DNA from: Opitutales bacterium
GTDB lineage: Bacteria; Verrucomicrobiota; Verrucomicrobiia; Opitutales; UBA2987
NCBI GenBank assembly: GCA_965226885.1
Contig: CBDDEL010000011.1
Location: 64,001-128,000, forward strand
DNA: 64,000 bases
Direction: 5' to 3'
A program made the position numbers and the translations under genes. Below the pieces are notes generated by a model that did no database searches, had not been told where the DNA came from, and saw nothing but the letters and a program-made list of their open reading frames with translations. Of this stretch, positions 11,131 through 20,879 are shown in pieces. How positions within the stretch are numbered: position 1 is the first letter of the stretch; each line of letters starts with the position of its first letter.

Positions 11131-11468
11131 ACGCCTTGGGCCCGGCTCGTCGGCCTCCGGCCTCCTCACCGACCCCAAGCCAATCCCCAAAACCAACTCC
11201 CAAACCCTAAACCTTGACGTACCTGCAATTACTAACCTAAACCTTATTCCAAGCGTACCGGTTTTACCCCGACCCCCGTACCGGTTTCATCCCGGCGTTT
11301 ACAGATATTTCATGAAGGGTAAAGTTTGGCTCGTTATTGCTATTGGAGATGGATTTCTTTGTATTTTGAGCAGATCGTCTTGATTTTTAGGTGTTTTTCA
11401 GGGTGTAGAGACACTGCCCCCTTTCCCCCATTGGTTCGGTAGTGCCGGGGGCAGCACCAATGCACCCT

Positions 11469-12779
11469 TTAGGTTGGCACCAATCGGCGGGCCGCATGGT
11501 TGAAAAGACTGGCCCAAGGATAACTCTCACTTAGGTGAAAGTGAATCGTTCGGGTGTTGCGCACGATGACCGCTCCGATCTTGATTAATTTGAGCCGCAG
11601 GGTGTGGCATTGGGCCCGCGCCCACTTCGTCCCTTTTAAGGCTAACCGGCGCATGGCTTCCATCAAGGTGTAGGCCAGCGCCGACAAGAGCAATCGCCAC
11701 TGATTGGCCCACCATTGATGGGCGCTGGTGCGCTCGCTGAACAATTGCATCTGTTCCTTGATTCGGTTCTCCATTTCACCGCGGCCACAGTATACCTTGT
11801 CGTAAAGCTCCTGGGGATCGCCCGGCAGGTTCGTCACCACGAAGCGCGGGTTGGACCCCTGTGCGGTGTGTTCGGCTTTATGGATGACCAACCGCAGCCA
11901 TCGCCACGAATCGGCAGCATAGACGAAGTCCTGGAATAACCGTTGTTTTTTACCCCTTAGTTCGAACCATTCTTTGGCCTGCTTTTGCAACTGCTGGGCG
12001 TCTTGCTGCAAGCGTGCATTGCGAGCCATCCCCACGATGTAACTAACTTCGTTGCGGTCGCACCAAGAGAGTATCCGGTCTCGACAAAATCCACTGTCGG
12101 CGCGCCAAATAATCCGCGTACGGGGCCAGCTTTGGCGAATCCGTTTAACCAGCAATTTGAGGATGGCTCCGGCATGCTTGCTGGCATCGATCTTGCTCGG
12201 CCGCAGGTAGGCCACCAGCAGCTGATCACCGCAAAAAACATATAGCGGCAGAAAACAATAATGATCATAATAACCGTGGAAAAAACGTCCCTCCTGGAGC
12301 CCGTGCACCGGATTGTCGGTGGCGTCAAAGTCCAGGATGATCTCTTCGGGTTCCTCGGCAAAGGAGCCCATGAACTGTTCGACCAACAGCTCGTTTACCG
12401 CAAAGGCCGCCCGCCGATCCTGCCCGTTTTCAAAACGACACAAAGTCGGCGCGCTGGCCAACGTTTCAATGCGCCCCGTTACCGTTTGCAACAATGGATC
12501 GTGGCGCAGGGTATCAAAGTCGTTCAAATCCTCATAGCCCGCCACCAGCCCGTAAACGCGCTGCCGCAGCATCCCCAATACCTCATGGCGTACTTTGCCC
12601 TTCTGCCGTTTGTCCACTAACTGTCGGGCCGCTCGTTCGGTCAAGCCCAACTGCCGATCCACTTCCCGGATCAAAAGCAGTCCGGCATCCGAAGTAACCT
12701 CTCCGCCCTTGAAATCAACCCGCACACGGCGGCCTTTTACCCTTGTCAACTGTAGCTTTAATTGTTTACCTTTTGTCAT
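11469..12779 (-). CDS. IS1380 DDE transposase
   Basis: TSDAGLLL, DFDATD, RADSGF, ENRIKE; likely start MTKGKQ. Confidence 0.92.
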   Translation of the reverse strand: MTKGKQLKLQLTRVKGRRVRVDFKGGEVTSDAGLLLIREVDRQLGLTERAARQLVDKRQKGKVRHEVLGMLRQRVYGLVAGYEDLNDFDTLRHDPLLQTVTGRIETLASAPTLCRFENGQDRRAAFAVNELLVEQFMGSFAEEPEEIILDFDATDNPVHGLQEGRFFHGYYDHYCFLPLYVFCGDQLLVAYLRPSKIDASKHAGAILKLLVKRIRQSWPRTRIIWRADSGFCRDRILSWCDRNEVSYIVGMARNARLQQDAQQLQKQAKEWFELRGKKQRLFQDFVYAADSWRWLRLVIHKAEHTAQGSNPRFVVTNLPGDPQELYDKVYCGRGEMENRIKEQMQLFSERTSAHQWWANQWRLLLSALAYTLMEAMRRLALKGTKWARAQCHTLRLKLIKIGAVIVRNTRTIHFHLSESYPWASLFNHAARRLVPT

Positions 12780-13085
12780 CGCTGATATTGCTTTAATTAT
12801 TGATCTATCCTGCTGTATATCAGCAGTTAAGCATATCAACGATACTTTTTTTACGAAATATCCGGGCTAAGCTGAATTTTTTGATGATCTTCTTTGCTAT
12901 AGTTCGTAACGGATACGGATCGAGGATTAGTTTTTGCAATTTCCTTATCATCAGTTTTCACCTCATATTATTAATGCCTGAAATTAGGGAGGCTAACATA
13001 TTGCAGGCAGTGTTTACGCAACCCTTAATTGGGTAAGATAAAAATTTGTCTGAGTTTGGCAAGTTAGTTTTTAATTGTCTGAAAA

Positions 13086-14120
13086 TTAACTCAGGACCAA
13101 TAATTTGGCTTTTTTCAGGAGGGGAGATTTTTTCTCCAGGTTGTAGGGGAGGGGGAGTTGGGCGATTCCGATGAGGCGGCGCATGATTTCTACTCCGGCG
13201 TAGGCTTGCATTCTTTTGGTGTCGAAACCTGGCGGGGGGCGGTAGGTTTCCTTGAATTTGTCGATGACGTGCGGTTCCTGATCGCTCAGGTATAGTTGGG
13301 CCAGCATGACTCCGGCGTCGAACTCGGCGGGGCCGAAAAATCCGAATTCGGGGTCGATGATGCGTATGCCGTTCGGGGTTTGCAGCCAACTGCCGGGGAA
13401 ATAGTCGCCGTGGAGGAGGGTTTTTCCGTTTTCCAGGTAAAGCTCGCCCAGTTCGCGCACGGCGGTTGCGAAGTCGCGGTCGTTAATGAGAATTTCCGCT
13501 TCTTTTTTCAATCCGGGCGTTATGCCGTCCAAATCCAGGCCGTCATCCCTTTGCAGCGGAAAATGGAAAATGTGTTCGTGGTTGAGGTCGCGCATTTCCC
13601 GGTTAACCAGGCTGGAGCGGGCCTTATCGTCGAATTGCAAGCCGTGCAAGGCGCTCAACCATTGGCACAGGTCCGTCAAATCCTGATGCGTCAGCCCCTC
13701 ATCGACCGAGTAAAGGCTGGTGAGATCGCTCGACTCTCCCAAGTCCTCCAGGGCAAGGATACGGGAAATGGAATCGAGGTGAAGCAGTCGCGGCATTTTT
13801 TCAGCGATAGACGGTTGGCTGGCGACCAGTTTATAAAACTTTGCCTCGACCAGGACCCGGTCCCAGGGGGCGGCGATTTGCGGGTATTTCTCCACCCAGG
13901 GGCGGGATTGTTTGAGAATCAAGCTGCGCCCCTTCGTGGTCGAGACGCGCCAAGTAAGGTTCATATTTCCCTCACCCGGTTTGTCTTTGCCGGTTATTGA
14001 TTGCTGCCTGCCCAGCAAGTTCCTCTCGCGCAGATAGCTTTCCAGTTCCGAATCGCTGAGCGAATCGAGGAGGATAATTTCCGGATGGTTTTGTAAAAGT
14101 TCTTCTTTTTGGGCCTTCAT
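13086..14120 (-). CDS. APH-fold phosphotransferase, 5-methylthioribose kinase-like
   Basis: GEGNMN, ILKQS, LLHGDYFPGS, IIDPEFGFFG motifs. Confidence 0.8.
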   Translation of the reverse strand: MKAQKEELLQNHPEIILLDSLSDSELESYLRERNLLGRQQSITGKDKPGEGNMNLTWRVSTTKGRSLILKQSRPWVEKYPQIAAPWDRVLVEAKFYKLVASQPSIAEKMPRLLHLDSISRILALEDLGESSDLTSLYSVDEGLTHQDLTDLCQWLSALHGLQFDDKARSSLVNREMRDLNHEHIFHFPLQRDDGLDLDGITPGLKKEAEILINDRDFATAVRELGELYLENGKTLLHGDYFPGSWLQTPNGIRIIDPEFGFFGPAEFDAGVMLAQLYLSDQEPHVIDKFKETYRPPPGFDTKRMQAYAGVEIMRRLIGIAQLPLPYNLEKKSPLLKKAKLLVLS

Positions 14121-14257
14121 TGAAGTGGTCTTTATTACAGTTATTAAGAAGGAGGCGCCGGACGGAATAATATTTCCTCTGGATAGGGTTTTACATGAAG
14201 ACGGTTTTCTACGAGACTGGCAAATATGGAAAAATGGATCTGTGGCCGGGCGGCTTC

Positions 14258-15502
14258 ATGGTGATTCGTTGGAGAGCCCTCGGGCCGGGCCTGCTGATGG
14301 CCGGGATTGCCATCGGAGTGTCCCACCTTGTCCAATCGACGCGGGCGGGAGCCAATTTCGGATTTCAGTTGGCCGGGGTTATCGTGCTCATCAATATCCT
14401 CAAATACCCGTTTTTTGAATACGGGCACCGTTATGCCGCCGTCAAAGGAGAAACGCTCCTGCATGGTTACGGGCGCATGGGAAAGGGTTATTTGCTGGCT
14501 TTTCTCATCATGCAGTTGATCGCCGCCCTGGCCGGAGTGGCGGCTGTCACCGGGATGACGGCGGCGCTGGCCGAGAATGTGCTTTCACTGGGGCTTCATC
14601 ATACCGTCTGGAGCGCCCTTCTGATGTCGGCCTGCATAGCCATTTTGCGTTTGGGCGATTATAAGTGGCTGGACTTGTCGATGAAAGGAATCATGGCCGT
14701 TCTCGCTGCGGCAACCCTAAGCGCTTGCCTGATGGCTGTATTGCGGGGGCCTGTGGCGCCGCCGGGATTTATCAACCCGACACCGTGGAATTGGGTCCAT
14801 CTGGGATTTCTCCTAGCGCTGATGGGTTGGATGCCCGCCCCGATTGAGATTTCCGTTTACCAATCCCTCTGGATCAACGCCCGTGACAAAGCCGCCGGAC
14901 GGTCCACAACCATCAGCGAGGCCCGGTTCGATTTTAACACCGGTTATGCCATCAGCCTGGTTATGGCCCTGGTATTTTTGACTTTGGGCGCTTTGGTCAT
15001 GAATGGCTCTGGCCAGCGATTTGCCGAAAACGGTGTAGCCTTTGCCGCCCAATTGATCGGCATTTATAAAAAGAGCCTGGGAGGATGGGCCGGGCCGTTG
15101 ATCGCCCTGGCCGCTTTCGCCACCATGTTCTCCACCACTTTGGCGGTCATCGATGCCAATCCCCGGGCCCTCAGTATGGGGACCAAGCTGGCCCTTGCGG
15201 GGTGGAAAGTAGAGGAGCGAAAGCTCCGCTGGGGAATTTTGCTGATTGGCTGCTTTATCGTACTGATCATCCTGCATTTTTGGGGCGGCGCGCTGAAAAA
15301 ATTGATCGATGTGGCCATCACCATCGGATTTCTGGCCGGTCCGGTATTCGCCTGGCTCAATTACCGGCTGATTACTTCCAACCATGTTCCAGCTTCGGAT
15401 CAACCCGGTGTATTCATGAGAGGATTGAGCTGGCTGGGAATCGCCTTTTTTATTTTATTCGGTCTCCTCTACCTCACGCACCGCTTCGGCATTCTGGGCT
15501 GA
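14258..15502 (+). CDS. NRAMP-like divalent metal transporter
   Basis: ALGPGLLMAG, SHLVQSTRAGA, LMGWMPAP, ATMFSTT; about 11 TM segments; start uncertain (14195/14258). Confidence 0.8.
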   Translation: MVIRWRALGPGLLMAGIAIGVSHLVQSTRAGANFGFQLAGVIVLINILKYPFFEYGHRYAAVKGETLLHGYGRMGKGYLLAFLIMQLIAALAGVAAVTGMTAALAENVLSLGLHHTVWSALLMSACIAILRLGDYKWLDLSMKGIMAVLAAATLSACLMAVLRGPVAPPGFINPTPWNWVHLGFLLALMGWMPAPIEISVYQSLWINARDKAAGRSTTISEARFDFNTGYAISLVMALVFLTLGALVMNGSGQRFAENGVAFAAQLIGIYKKSLGGWAGPLIALAAFATMFSTTLAVIDANPRALSMGTKLALAGWKVEERKLRWGILLIGCFIVLIILHFWGGALKKLIDVAITIGFLAGPVFAWLNYRLITSNHVPASDQPGVFMRGLSWLGIAFFILFGLLYLTHRFGILG

Positions 15503-15538
15503 ATACTATTCCCATTTGTAGTTAATAAAAAACCGAAC

Positions 15539-16843
15539 TTAGGGCAATTCGATAATGGTCCCGAAGTCCGGGTCGTAAAGCCGTTTGTAGGCCCTCATCG
15601 CGTTTCCGTCGGTCATCCCGGCCAGGTAATCGCAGATGCGCCGCATTTTGCCCACTTTTGATTCTTCCAAATCGATCCAATGGGACACCGGTTGAGGCAA
15701 AATTTTCAGATTTCGGCGTGAATCCTCAATGTAATTGCTAACAAAAGCATCGAACAGCCGCTGCAGAAAAAACCCGCCCCGGAACTCGATTTTCTGGATT
15801 TGCGGCGATTGGAAAATCAAATCGAAGGCAATCGCTTTATAGAGCTCACATTCCTCTCTCACCTCCGCGTCCACCGCCAGTTGGAAACGATAACGGTTTG
15901 TCCTCGAAGACATGAAATTCTCCGTTTCCCGCAAGTGGCAGGCTTTGATGAAATTGCCGATCTTGTTGCTGAAAACCGCCTCGATACTGTTTTTCTGAAT
16001 CAGTTCCGCCAAATGATTGACGCAGGCTGATTGCGATTGGTTGAGCGATCGGCCGATTGGCCAGTCGTTCAATTGTCCGGCGCTGATGAAACCGGCCTTT
16101 ATGCCATCCAGAATGTCGTGCAGGGAATAAGCGGCATCATCCGCCCAATCGACAATCTGGCATTCGATGCTTTTGAAGCCGTTCAGGTTGTCATCCTCCC
16201 GCAGGCCGGCGGGCGGGGTCGATCCGCCAAAAACAAAATCCCGACAGTTTTCCTGATCGTCATAGAGAAAGTGATTTTCCGGATATACGGGTTTTCCCTG
16301 CTCATTTTCTCCCAGGCAATCCCGGTGCAGCTTTTTGTATTTGAGAATACCATCCATGAAGGCGCGGGTAGGGGACATGCCCCTCGGTTTTTCCGGTCTC
16401 TCGTAAATCAGTTCGGTTAAAATGCGCAGGCTTTGGGCGTTTCCTTCGAATCCGCCGAACCGCAGCATCAAATCGTTCAACTTTCGCTCCCCGATATGGC
16501 CGAAAGGGGGGTGCCCAATGTCGTGGGCCAGTCCCAGGGCCTCAGCCAGTTCGGAATCGATGAAAAAATCCTCCCTCAAAATATCGCTCCTTGCTCGCAG
16601 GTATTCGCAAATCGCCCGCCCGATGCGGGCCACCTCGATCGAATGGGTCAGCCGGGTGCGATAAAAATCATACTCACCGGACTGGAAAACCTGGGTCTTC
16701 GATTGCAGGCGTCGAAAAGCTTCCGTAAAGGTCACCCGGTCGCGATCGACCTGAAACGGTGTCCGGATGGGGTCCTCCGGGCGGGAATCGCCAAAGGTTT
16801 CGTAATCGAAAGGTCCGTAAAAATGATTTGCCCTCATACTCAT
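15539..16843 (-). CDS. dgt: dGTP triphosphohydrolase
   Basis: RRLQSKTQVF, RTRLTHS, AHDIGHPPFGH, FEGNAQ, DYLAGMTD. Confidence 0.93.
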   Translation of the reverse strand: MSMRANHFYGPFDYETFGDSRPEDPIRTPFQVDRDRVTFTEAFRRLQSKTQVFQSGEYDFYRTRLTHSIEVARIGRAICEYLRARSDILREDFFIDSELAEALGLAHDIGHPPFGHIGERKLNDLMLRFGGFEGNAQSLRILTELIYERPEKPRGMSPTRAFMDGILKYKKLHRDCLGENEQGKPVYPENHFLYDDQENCRDFVFGGSTPPAGLREDDNLNGFKSIECQIVDWADDAAYSLHDILDGIKAGFISAGQLNDWPIGRSLNQSQSACVNHLAELIQKNSIEAVFSNKIGNFIKACHLRETENFMSSRTNRYRFQLAVDAEVREECELYKAIAFDLIFQSPQIQKIEFRGGFFLQRLFDAFVSNYIEDSRRNLKILPQPVSHWIDLEESKVGKMRRICDYLAGMTDGNAMRAYKRLYDPDFGTIIELP

Positions 16844-17070
16844 TGTCTATGTCAGCCTGGGGGATTGATTTGAAGAAATCGAACCTTATTGGGCAAACAA
16901 TTATGGGTTAAGATGAGCTATCAAACGAATTTTATACGAATTCGTGCCATTTCCGCGATGAATACCGTAAAATATAGTTGAGTATTCAGGAACATAAGTG
17001 CTACGGTGGCGCATAATTGCCTCTAAATCCAGAAAAGGAAGAGGCAGACAACAAGCCCGGTAGGTAAAGT

Positions 17071-18564
17071 ATGGCAAGAGATTGGCTGAAGGGAGTTTCC
17101 AGTTACTATGATGTCATTGTCATCGGCAGCGGCTTGGCTGGATTGACCGGGGCCAACTACCTGGCCAAAAACGGGCATTCCGTCCTCCTGCTTGAGCACC
17201 ATTATCAATACGGCGGTTTAGCCACCTGGTTCCGGCGCAAAGGCGGGCACATTTTCGATATCTCGCTGCACGGTTTTCCCATCGGGATGATCAAGTCATG
17301 CCGCAAATACTGGACCAAGGAGATCGCCGATTCCATCGTGCAGCTCAAAAACGTGCGCTTTATCAACCCCCAGTTCAATATCTGGACGCCTTTTGATCGC
17401 ACCCATTTCACCAACCTGCTGATCGACAAATTCAAAGTTGCCAGAAACATTTCTGAAGACTTTTTCGCCCGCTTGAAGACCATGAATTTTTACGACGACG
17501 TCACGCTGACCACACGAGAGTTGTTCGAGGAATTCTTTCCCGGCCGGGCGGATGTGCATCGGCTGCTGATGGAACCGATCGCCTACGCCAACGGCTCCAC
17601 CCTGGACGATCCGGCCATCACTTTCGGCATCGTTTTCGGAAATTTTATGAACAAGGGCGTTTACACCTTTCGCGGCGGCACCGATGTGCTGATCAAGAAA
17701 ATGGTCGCCGAATTGAAGAAAAACGGAGTCGATCTGCGTAAAAAAGCCCTCGTTGATAAAGTGCTTATCGAAGAAATAGACGGACGGCGCTGTATAACAG
17801 GTGTGCGGGCCAATGGCCGCCTCATTCGCAGCAACGCCGTCCTCTCCAACGCCAATATCAAAAGCACCGTCCTCAAACTGGTGGGCCGCAAGAATTTCGA
17901 TCCCGCATTTGTCGATGAAACGGAGAAAGTGCGCATCAATTCCAGCTCTTGCCAGGTTTACATGGGCCTCAAGGAAGGAGCGCAAATTCCCAATATCGGA
18001 GACCTCGTGTTTACCTCCGACAGCGAGGAATTTTCCATGCACGAACTGACCGACATCCACACCACCAGCCGCACCTTTTCCATTTACTACCCCAACACCC
18101 GCCCCCACTTGAAAAACCCCAGAATCGCCATTGTCGCCTCCCTCAACGGAAAATGGGACGATTGGTCCAACCTCCCGGAGGATCAATACAACAAGGAAAA
18201 GGAGAGGTTGTGTGAAGAATCCCTCTCCTCCCTGGAAAGGCTCATCCCGGACATACGCGAAAAAATCGATCATATTGAGGCGGCCACCCCGCGCACCATC
18301 CAACACTATACCCGCCATGTGGGCGGCGCATCCTTCGGCACCAAATATGAAGGCCTTAAAGTTTCCATGAACCTCTCCCAGCAGATCAGGGGCCTGTTCC
18401 ATGCCGGTTCGGTCGGGATCATAATGTCCGGCTGGCTGGGAACCATCAATTACGGCGTCATCACCGCCAACAAGATCGACAAACTGCTCTACGACCTGGA
18501 AAAAAGCTTTCAGGGGAAGAAGGATGGAGCCAAGTCCAAGAAGGCGAAACACGTCTTCGCTTGA
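17071..18564 (+). CDS. Phytoene desaturase-like FAD oxidoreductase
   Basis: VIGSGLAGL Rossmann motif, GGLATWF, ATPRT, FHAGSVG. Confidence 0.85.
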   Translation: MARDWLKGVSSYYDVIVIGSGLAGLTGANYLAKNGHSVLLLEHHYQYGGLATWFRRKGGHIFDISLHGFPIGMIKSCRKYWTKEIADSIVQLKNVRFINPQFNIWTPFDRTHFTNLLIDKFKVARNISEDFFARLKTMNFYDDVTLTTRELFEEFFPGRADVHRLLMEPIAYANGSTLDDPAITFGIVFGNFMNKGVYTFRGGTDVLIKKMVAELKKNGVDLRKKALVDKVLIEEIDGRRCITGVRANGRLIRSNAVLSNANIKSTVLKLVGRKNFDPAFVDETEKVRINSSSCQVYMGLKEGAQIPNIGDLVFTSDSEEFSMHELTDIHTTSRTFSIYYPNTRPHLKNPRIAIVASLNGKWDDWSNLPEDQYNKEKERLCEESLSSLERLIPDIREKIDHIEAATPRTIQHYTRHVGGASFGTKYEGLKVSMNLSQQIRGLFHAGSVGIIMSGWLGTINYGVITANKIDKLLYDLEKSFQGKKDGAKSKKAKHVFA

Positions 18565-18618
18565 AAAATCCGGCTTCGCCCCGCCGGCAGTGAACCTTGG
18601 CCGGAGATTTAATCTCCC

Positions 18619-19059
18619 ATGAACGAAGTTTACCGAACCATTCCCCATCGGCCCCCCTTCCTTTTCGTCGATGAAATTATTGAAGTGACGGCGGAATCCG
18701 CCGTCACCAAACGCACGGTGCGGGCCGATGAGCCCCATTTCGCCGGCCACTATCCCGGAAACCCGATAATGCCCGGCGTGCTTCTTTGTGAGGCGGTCTT
18801 CCAGACCGGGGCCATTTACCTCGTAAAAAAACTGACCGCCGGCGGCGAGACGCCCGAAGACCTTACCCCCGTCCTTTCCCGCATCAAGGAAGCCAAATTC
18901 AAAAACATGGTCAAACCCGGTGAAATCCTCACCATCGAAGCGCGGTTTAAAGAGTCCCACGGAAAATTCCACTTCCTGCATGGAACCGTAAAAAGAAGCG
19001 ACGGCAAACTGGCCCTCGCCATCGACTTCGCCCTCGCCCTCATCAAAGAACAAGAGTGA
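18619..19059 (+). CDS. FabZ/FabA-like beta-hydroxyacyl-ACP dehydratase
   Basis: IPHRPPFLFVD, FAGHYPGNPIMPGVLLCE, VKPGE. Confidence 0.9.
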   Translation: MNEVYRTIPHRPPFLFVDEIIEVTAESAVTKRTVRADEPHFAGHYPGNPIMPGVLLCEAVFQTGAIYLVKKLTAGGETPEDLTPVLSRIKEAKFKNMVKPGEILTIEARFKESHGKFHFLHGTVKRSDGKLALAIDFALALIKEQE

Positions 19060-19141
19060 GCGGCAGGCCAGCGCCATTGGTTCTCTTTGACAGGTTTGCA
19101 TAAACTTTCGCTCAAGTCGGATTTTTATTGGCGGAAACAGA

Positions 19142-19549
19142 TCACTTTTTGCTTTTGGAATTTTTAAGCTCCAGAAAATCCCATTTGTTTCCGTAGAGAT
19201 CCTCAAAAACAACGACAGCGCCGTAGGCTTCTTCCCTCGGCTCCTCCAGAAATACGACACCCCGTGATTTCATGTACTCATAACTGCGCCGGAAATCCTC
19301 CGTCTGGAGAAATAGAAATACCCGTTCGCCCGCTTGAGTGCCGATGCGTTTCTCTTGCTCCGAAGATGCAGCCTTGGCCAGGAGCAAACCGCTTCCCTCG
19401 CCATCGGGTGGAGCCACCACCACCCAGCGTTTGCCGTCGCCCATCGCAGTGTCCTCCAAAACCTCAAATCGAAGCTTTTCCGTATAAAACGCAATCGCTT
19501 CGTCATAGTCGCGGACCAGGAGCGTTATCCAGCCGATCTTTTGTTTCAT
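19142..19549 (-). CDS. VOC/glyoxalase family protein
   Basis: VRDYDEAIAFY, EPREEAYG, FEDLYGNKWD. Confidence 0.9.
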   Translation of the reverse strand: MKQKIGWITLLVRDYDEAIAFYTEKLRFEVLEDTAMGDGKRWVVVAPPDGEGSGLLLAKAASSEQEKRIGTQAGERVFLFLQTEDFRRSYEYMKSRGVVFLEEPREEAYGAVVVFEDLYGNKWDFLELKNSKSKK

Positions 19550-19574
19550 CGTAAGGGCGAAATCAGTTGGTCGG

Positions 19575-20164
19575 CTAATCGGCGCAACAGGATTTCAAAA
19601 TTTCAGGATTCAGTTTGGCAATCTCGCTCCCGATTTGATCCATCGTGTAACGAGGGGTGATATGCTGTGGGCAATTCCAATCGTAAGCCCGGATTCTAAA
19701 CAAAATCACACGTTCGATGCGGGCCTTATAATTAGAGGGTGTTAACTCATTGGCCAGGTCCGCCTTCTCGGAGGCATCGTAAACCTCGGCTTCGGCCCAA
19801 ATTTTCAGACGCTGCTGGGAAGGATAGTCCATCAAAAAGAGGGAAGCCCTCTTCGTATCCAGGATGTTCCCGGAGCTGATATATTGCCGGTTGCCGCGGA
19901 AATCGGCGAACCCGATACAAGTGTCATCAAGGACCTTCAAAAAACCGGCCGGCCCACCCCGGAATTGCACATAAGGCCAGCCGTTTTCCCCCACCGTGGC
20001 CATATAGAAACTATCCCGCGACTCAATAAACGGTTTCTCACGGTCCGTTAAAACGAATCGATCACCGGACTCCTCCATTCTCGCATAAGACTTTCTCGAA
20101 CCAAGCTTTCCTGGAGTTTTTTAACAGAGTCCGTAAAGGAAAGTTTTGTAAAATTATCATTCAT
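19575..20164 (-). pseudogene. Pyridoxamine 5'-phosphate oxidase-like FMN-binding protein, N-terminal frameshift
   Basis: GWPYVQFRGG, FADFRGNRQY, DWNCPQHI; MNDNFTKLSFTDSVKKLQE from 20164 is out of frame by 1 nt near 20108. Confidence 0.75.
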
Positions 20165-20602
20165 TATTCTAAGGGTTAGGGTTCAGGAGATAATAGTTAG
20201 CCAAATTCAACCGAAAGTTTCATTCATTAATCCACAAAGTGCGCAGAAAACACAGATAAAAACCGAACGGCCCATACTCGCAATTAGCATCAACAGCGCC
20301 GCTGGCCGTGGCAAAACCACTCCCATAGCGGTCAGATATTCTTTCCATCATTATAACATCGATTCTAAGGCCAATATACGGCTTCATACGGCTTCACTGA
20401 GGTTTTTTGCCACATAAGCCGCCACTATACAGCAAAACGCAAAAAACGTCAATGAATAGGTTGGCTCCGCTTGATGCGTTTGAATAAACATCGATTTTCG
20501 GGGTATTTTTCGCCAAAAAAACCCAATTTCACCCAAAAAACACCCTCCCAACACAGACAAATCCGCCAATCACCGAAAAATCTCCCAATCTTCCACACCT
20601 AA

Positions 20603-20762
20603 CACCTGTACCCAGTGAAGCGACATCGTTCAACCTGACACCCGGCACCTGTACCGAGCGAAGCGACATCCCTCAACCTCCATTCCCCATCCGCCATCCC
20701 GAATCCTCCTTCCAAAACGCTCTGAAAGAGCCATATTCCCCAGCCAGGGGTGAAACCCCTGG
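20603..20762. repeat. REP-like cluster: two 34-bp imperfect direct repeats plus two short hairpins
   Basis: CACCTGTACC.AG.GAAGCGACATC..TCAACCT at 20603 and 20646; GCTCT-GAA-AGAGC and CCAGGGG-TGAAA-CCCCTGG. Confidence 0.6.
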
Positions 20763-20879
20763 ATACCCTTGCTTCCGTCCAGCCATCTTTGACAATCTTA
20801 TCCAACCACCCCGAGAAGCTGGCTTAGGGTTCGTCTTCAATTGGCTTCTCGCTTCTCCCTTGCTACTATGTGCCCTATG

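Larger units (their letters stand above)
8802..11303 (+). mobile_element. IS21-family element, copy 2
   Basis: Same TIRs as copy 1; 6-bp TSD GATATT at 8796-8801 and 11304-11309. Confidence 0.95.
8792..12866 (-). mobile_element. IS1380-family element with IS21 inserted in its right TIR
   Basis: TIRs CCCGGATATTTC/GAAATATCCGGG; CTAA TSD at 8788-8791 and 12867-12870. Confidence 0.95.
8051..12951 (-). pseudogene. TylF/MycF-like SAM-dependent methyltransferase split by IS1380::IS21 (segments 12951-12867 and 8787-8051)
   Basis: Joins in frame across the CTAA TSD to 822 nt: MIRKLQ...KFSL/GSYEQR...RPHYGYC...LEFGVAGGNG...DLDFYSS; internal TGA at 8300-8302. Confidence 0.8.

Noticed and set aside
4981..11303. 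Composite transposon or inversion between the inverted IS21 copies
   Set aside because: Copy 2 retains its own TSD on both sides and the outer flanks do not match
11395..11468. HDV-like ribozyme in the IS1380 3' end
   Set aside because: P2/P3-like stems and CGAA are present, but there is no room for the P1 3' strand or P4
17296..19260. 654-aa minus-strand ORF (also 48623-49873 and 54190-56037)
   Set aside because: Antisense shadows of well-supported genes, caused by codon bias
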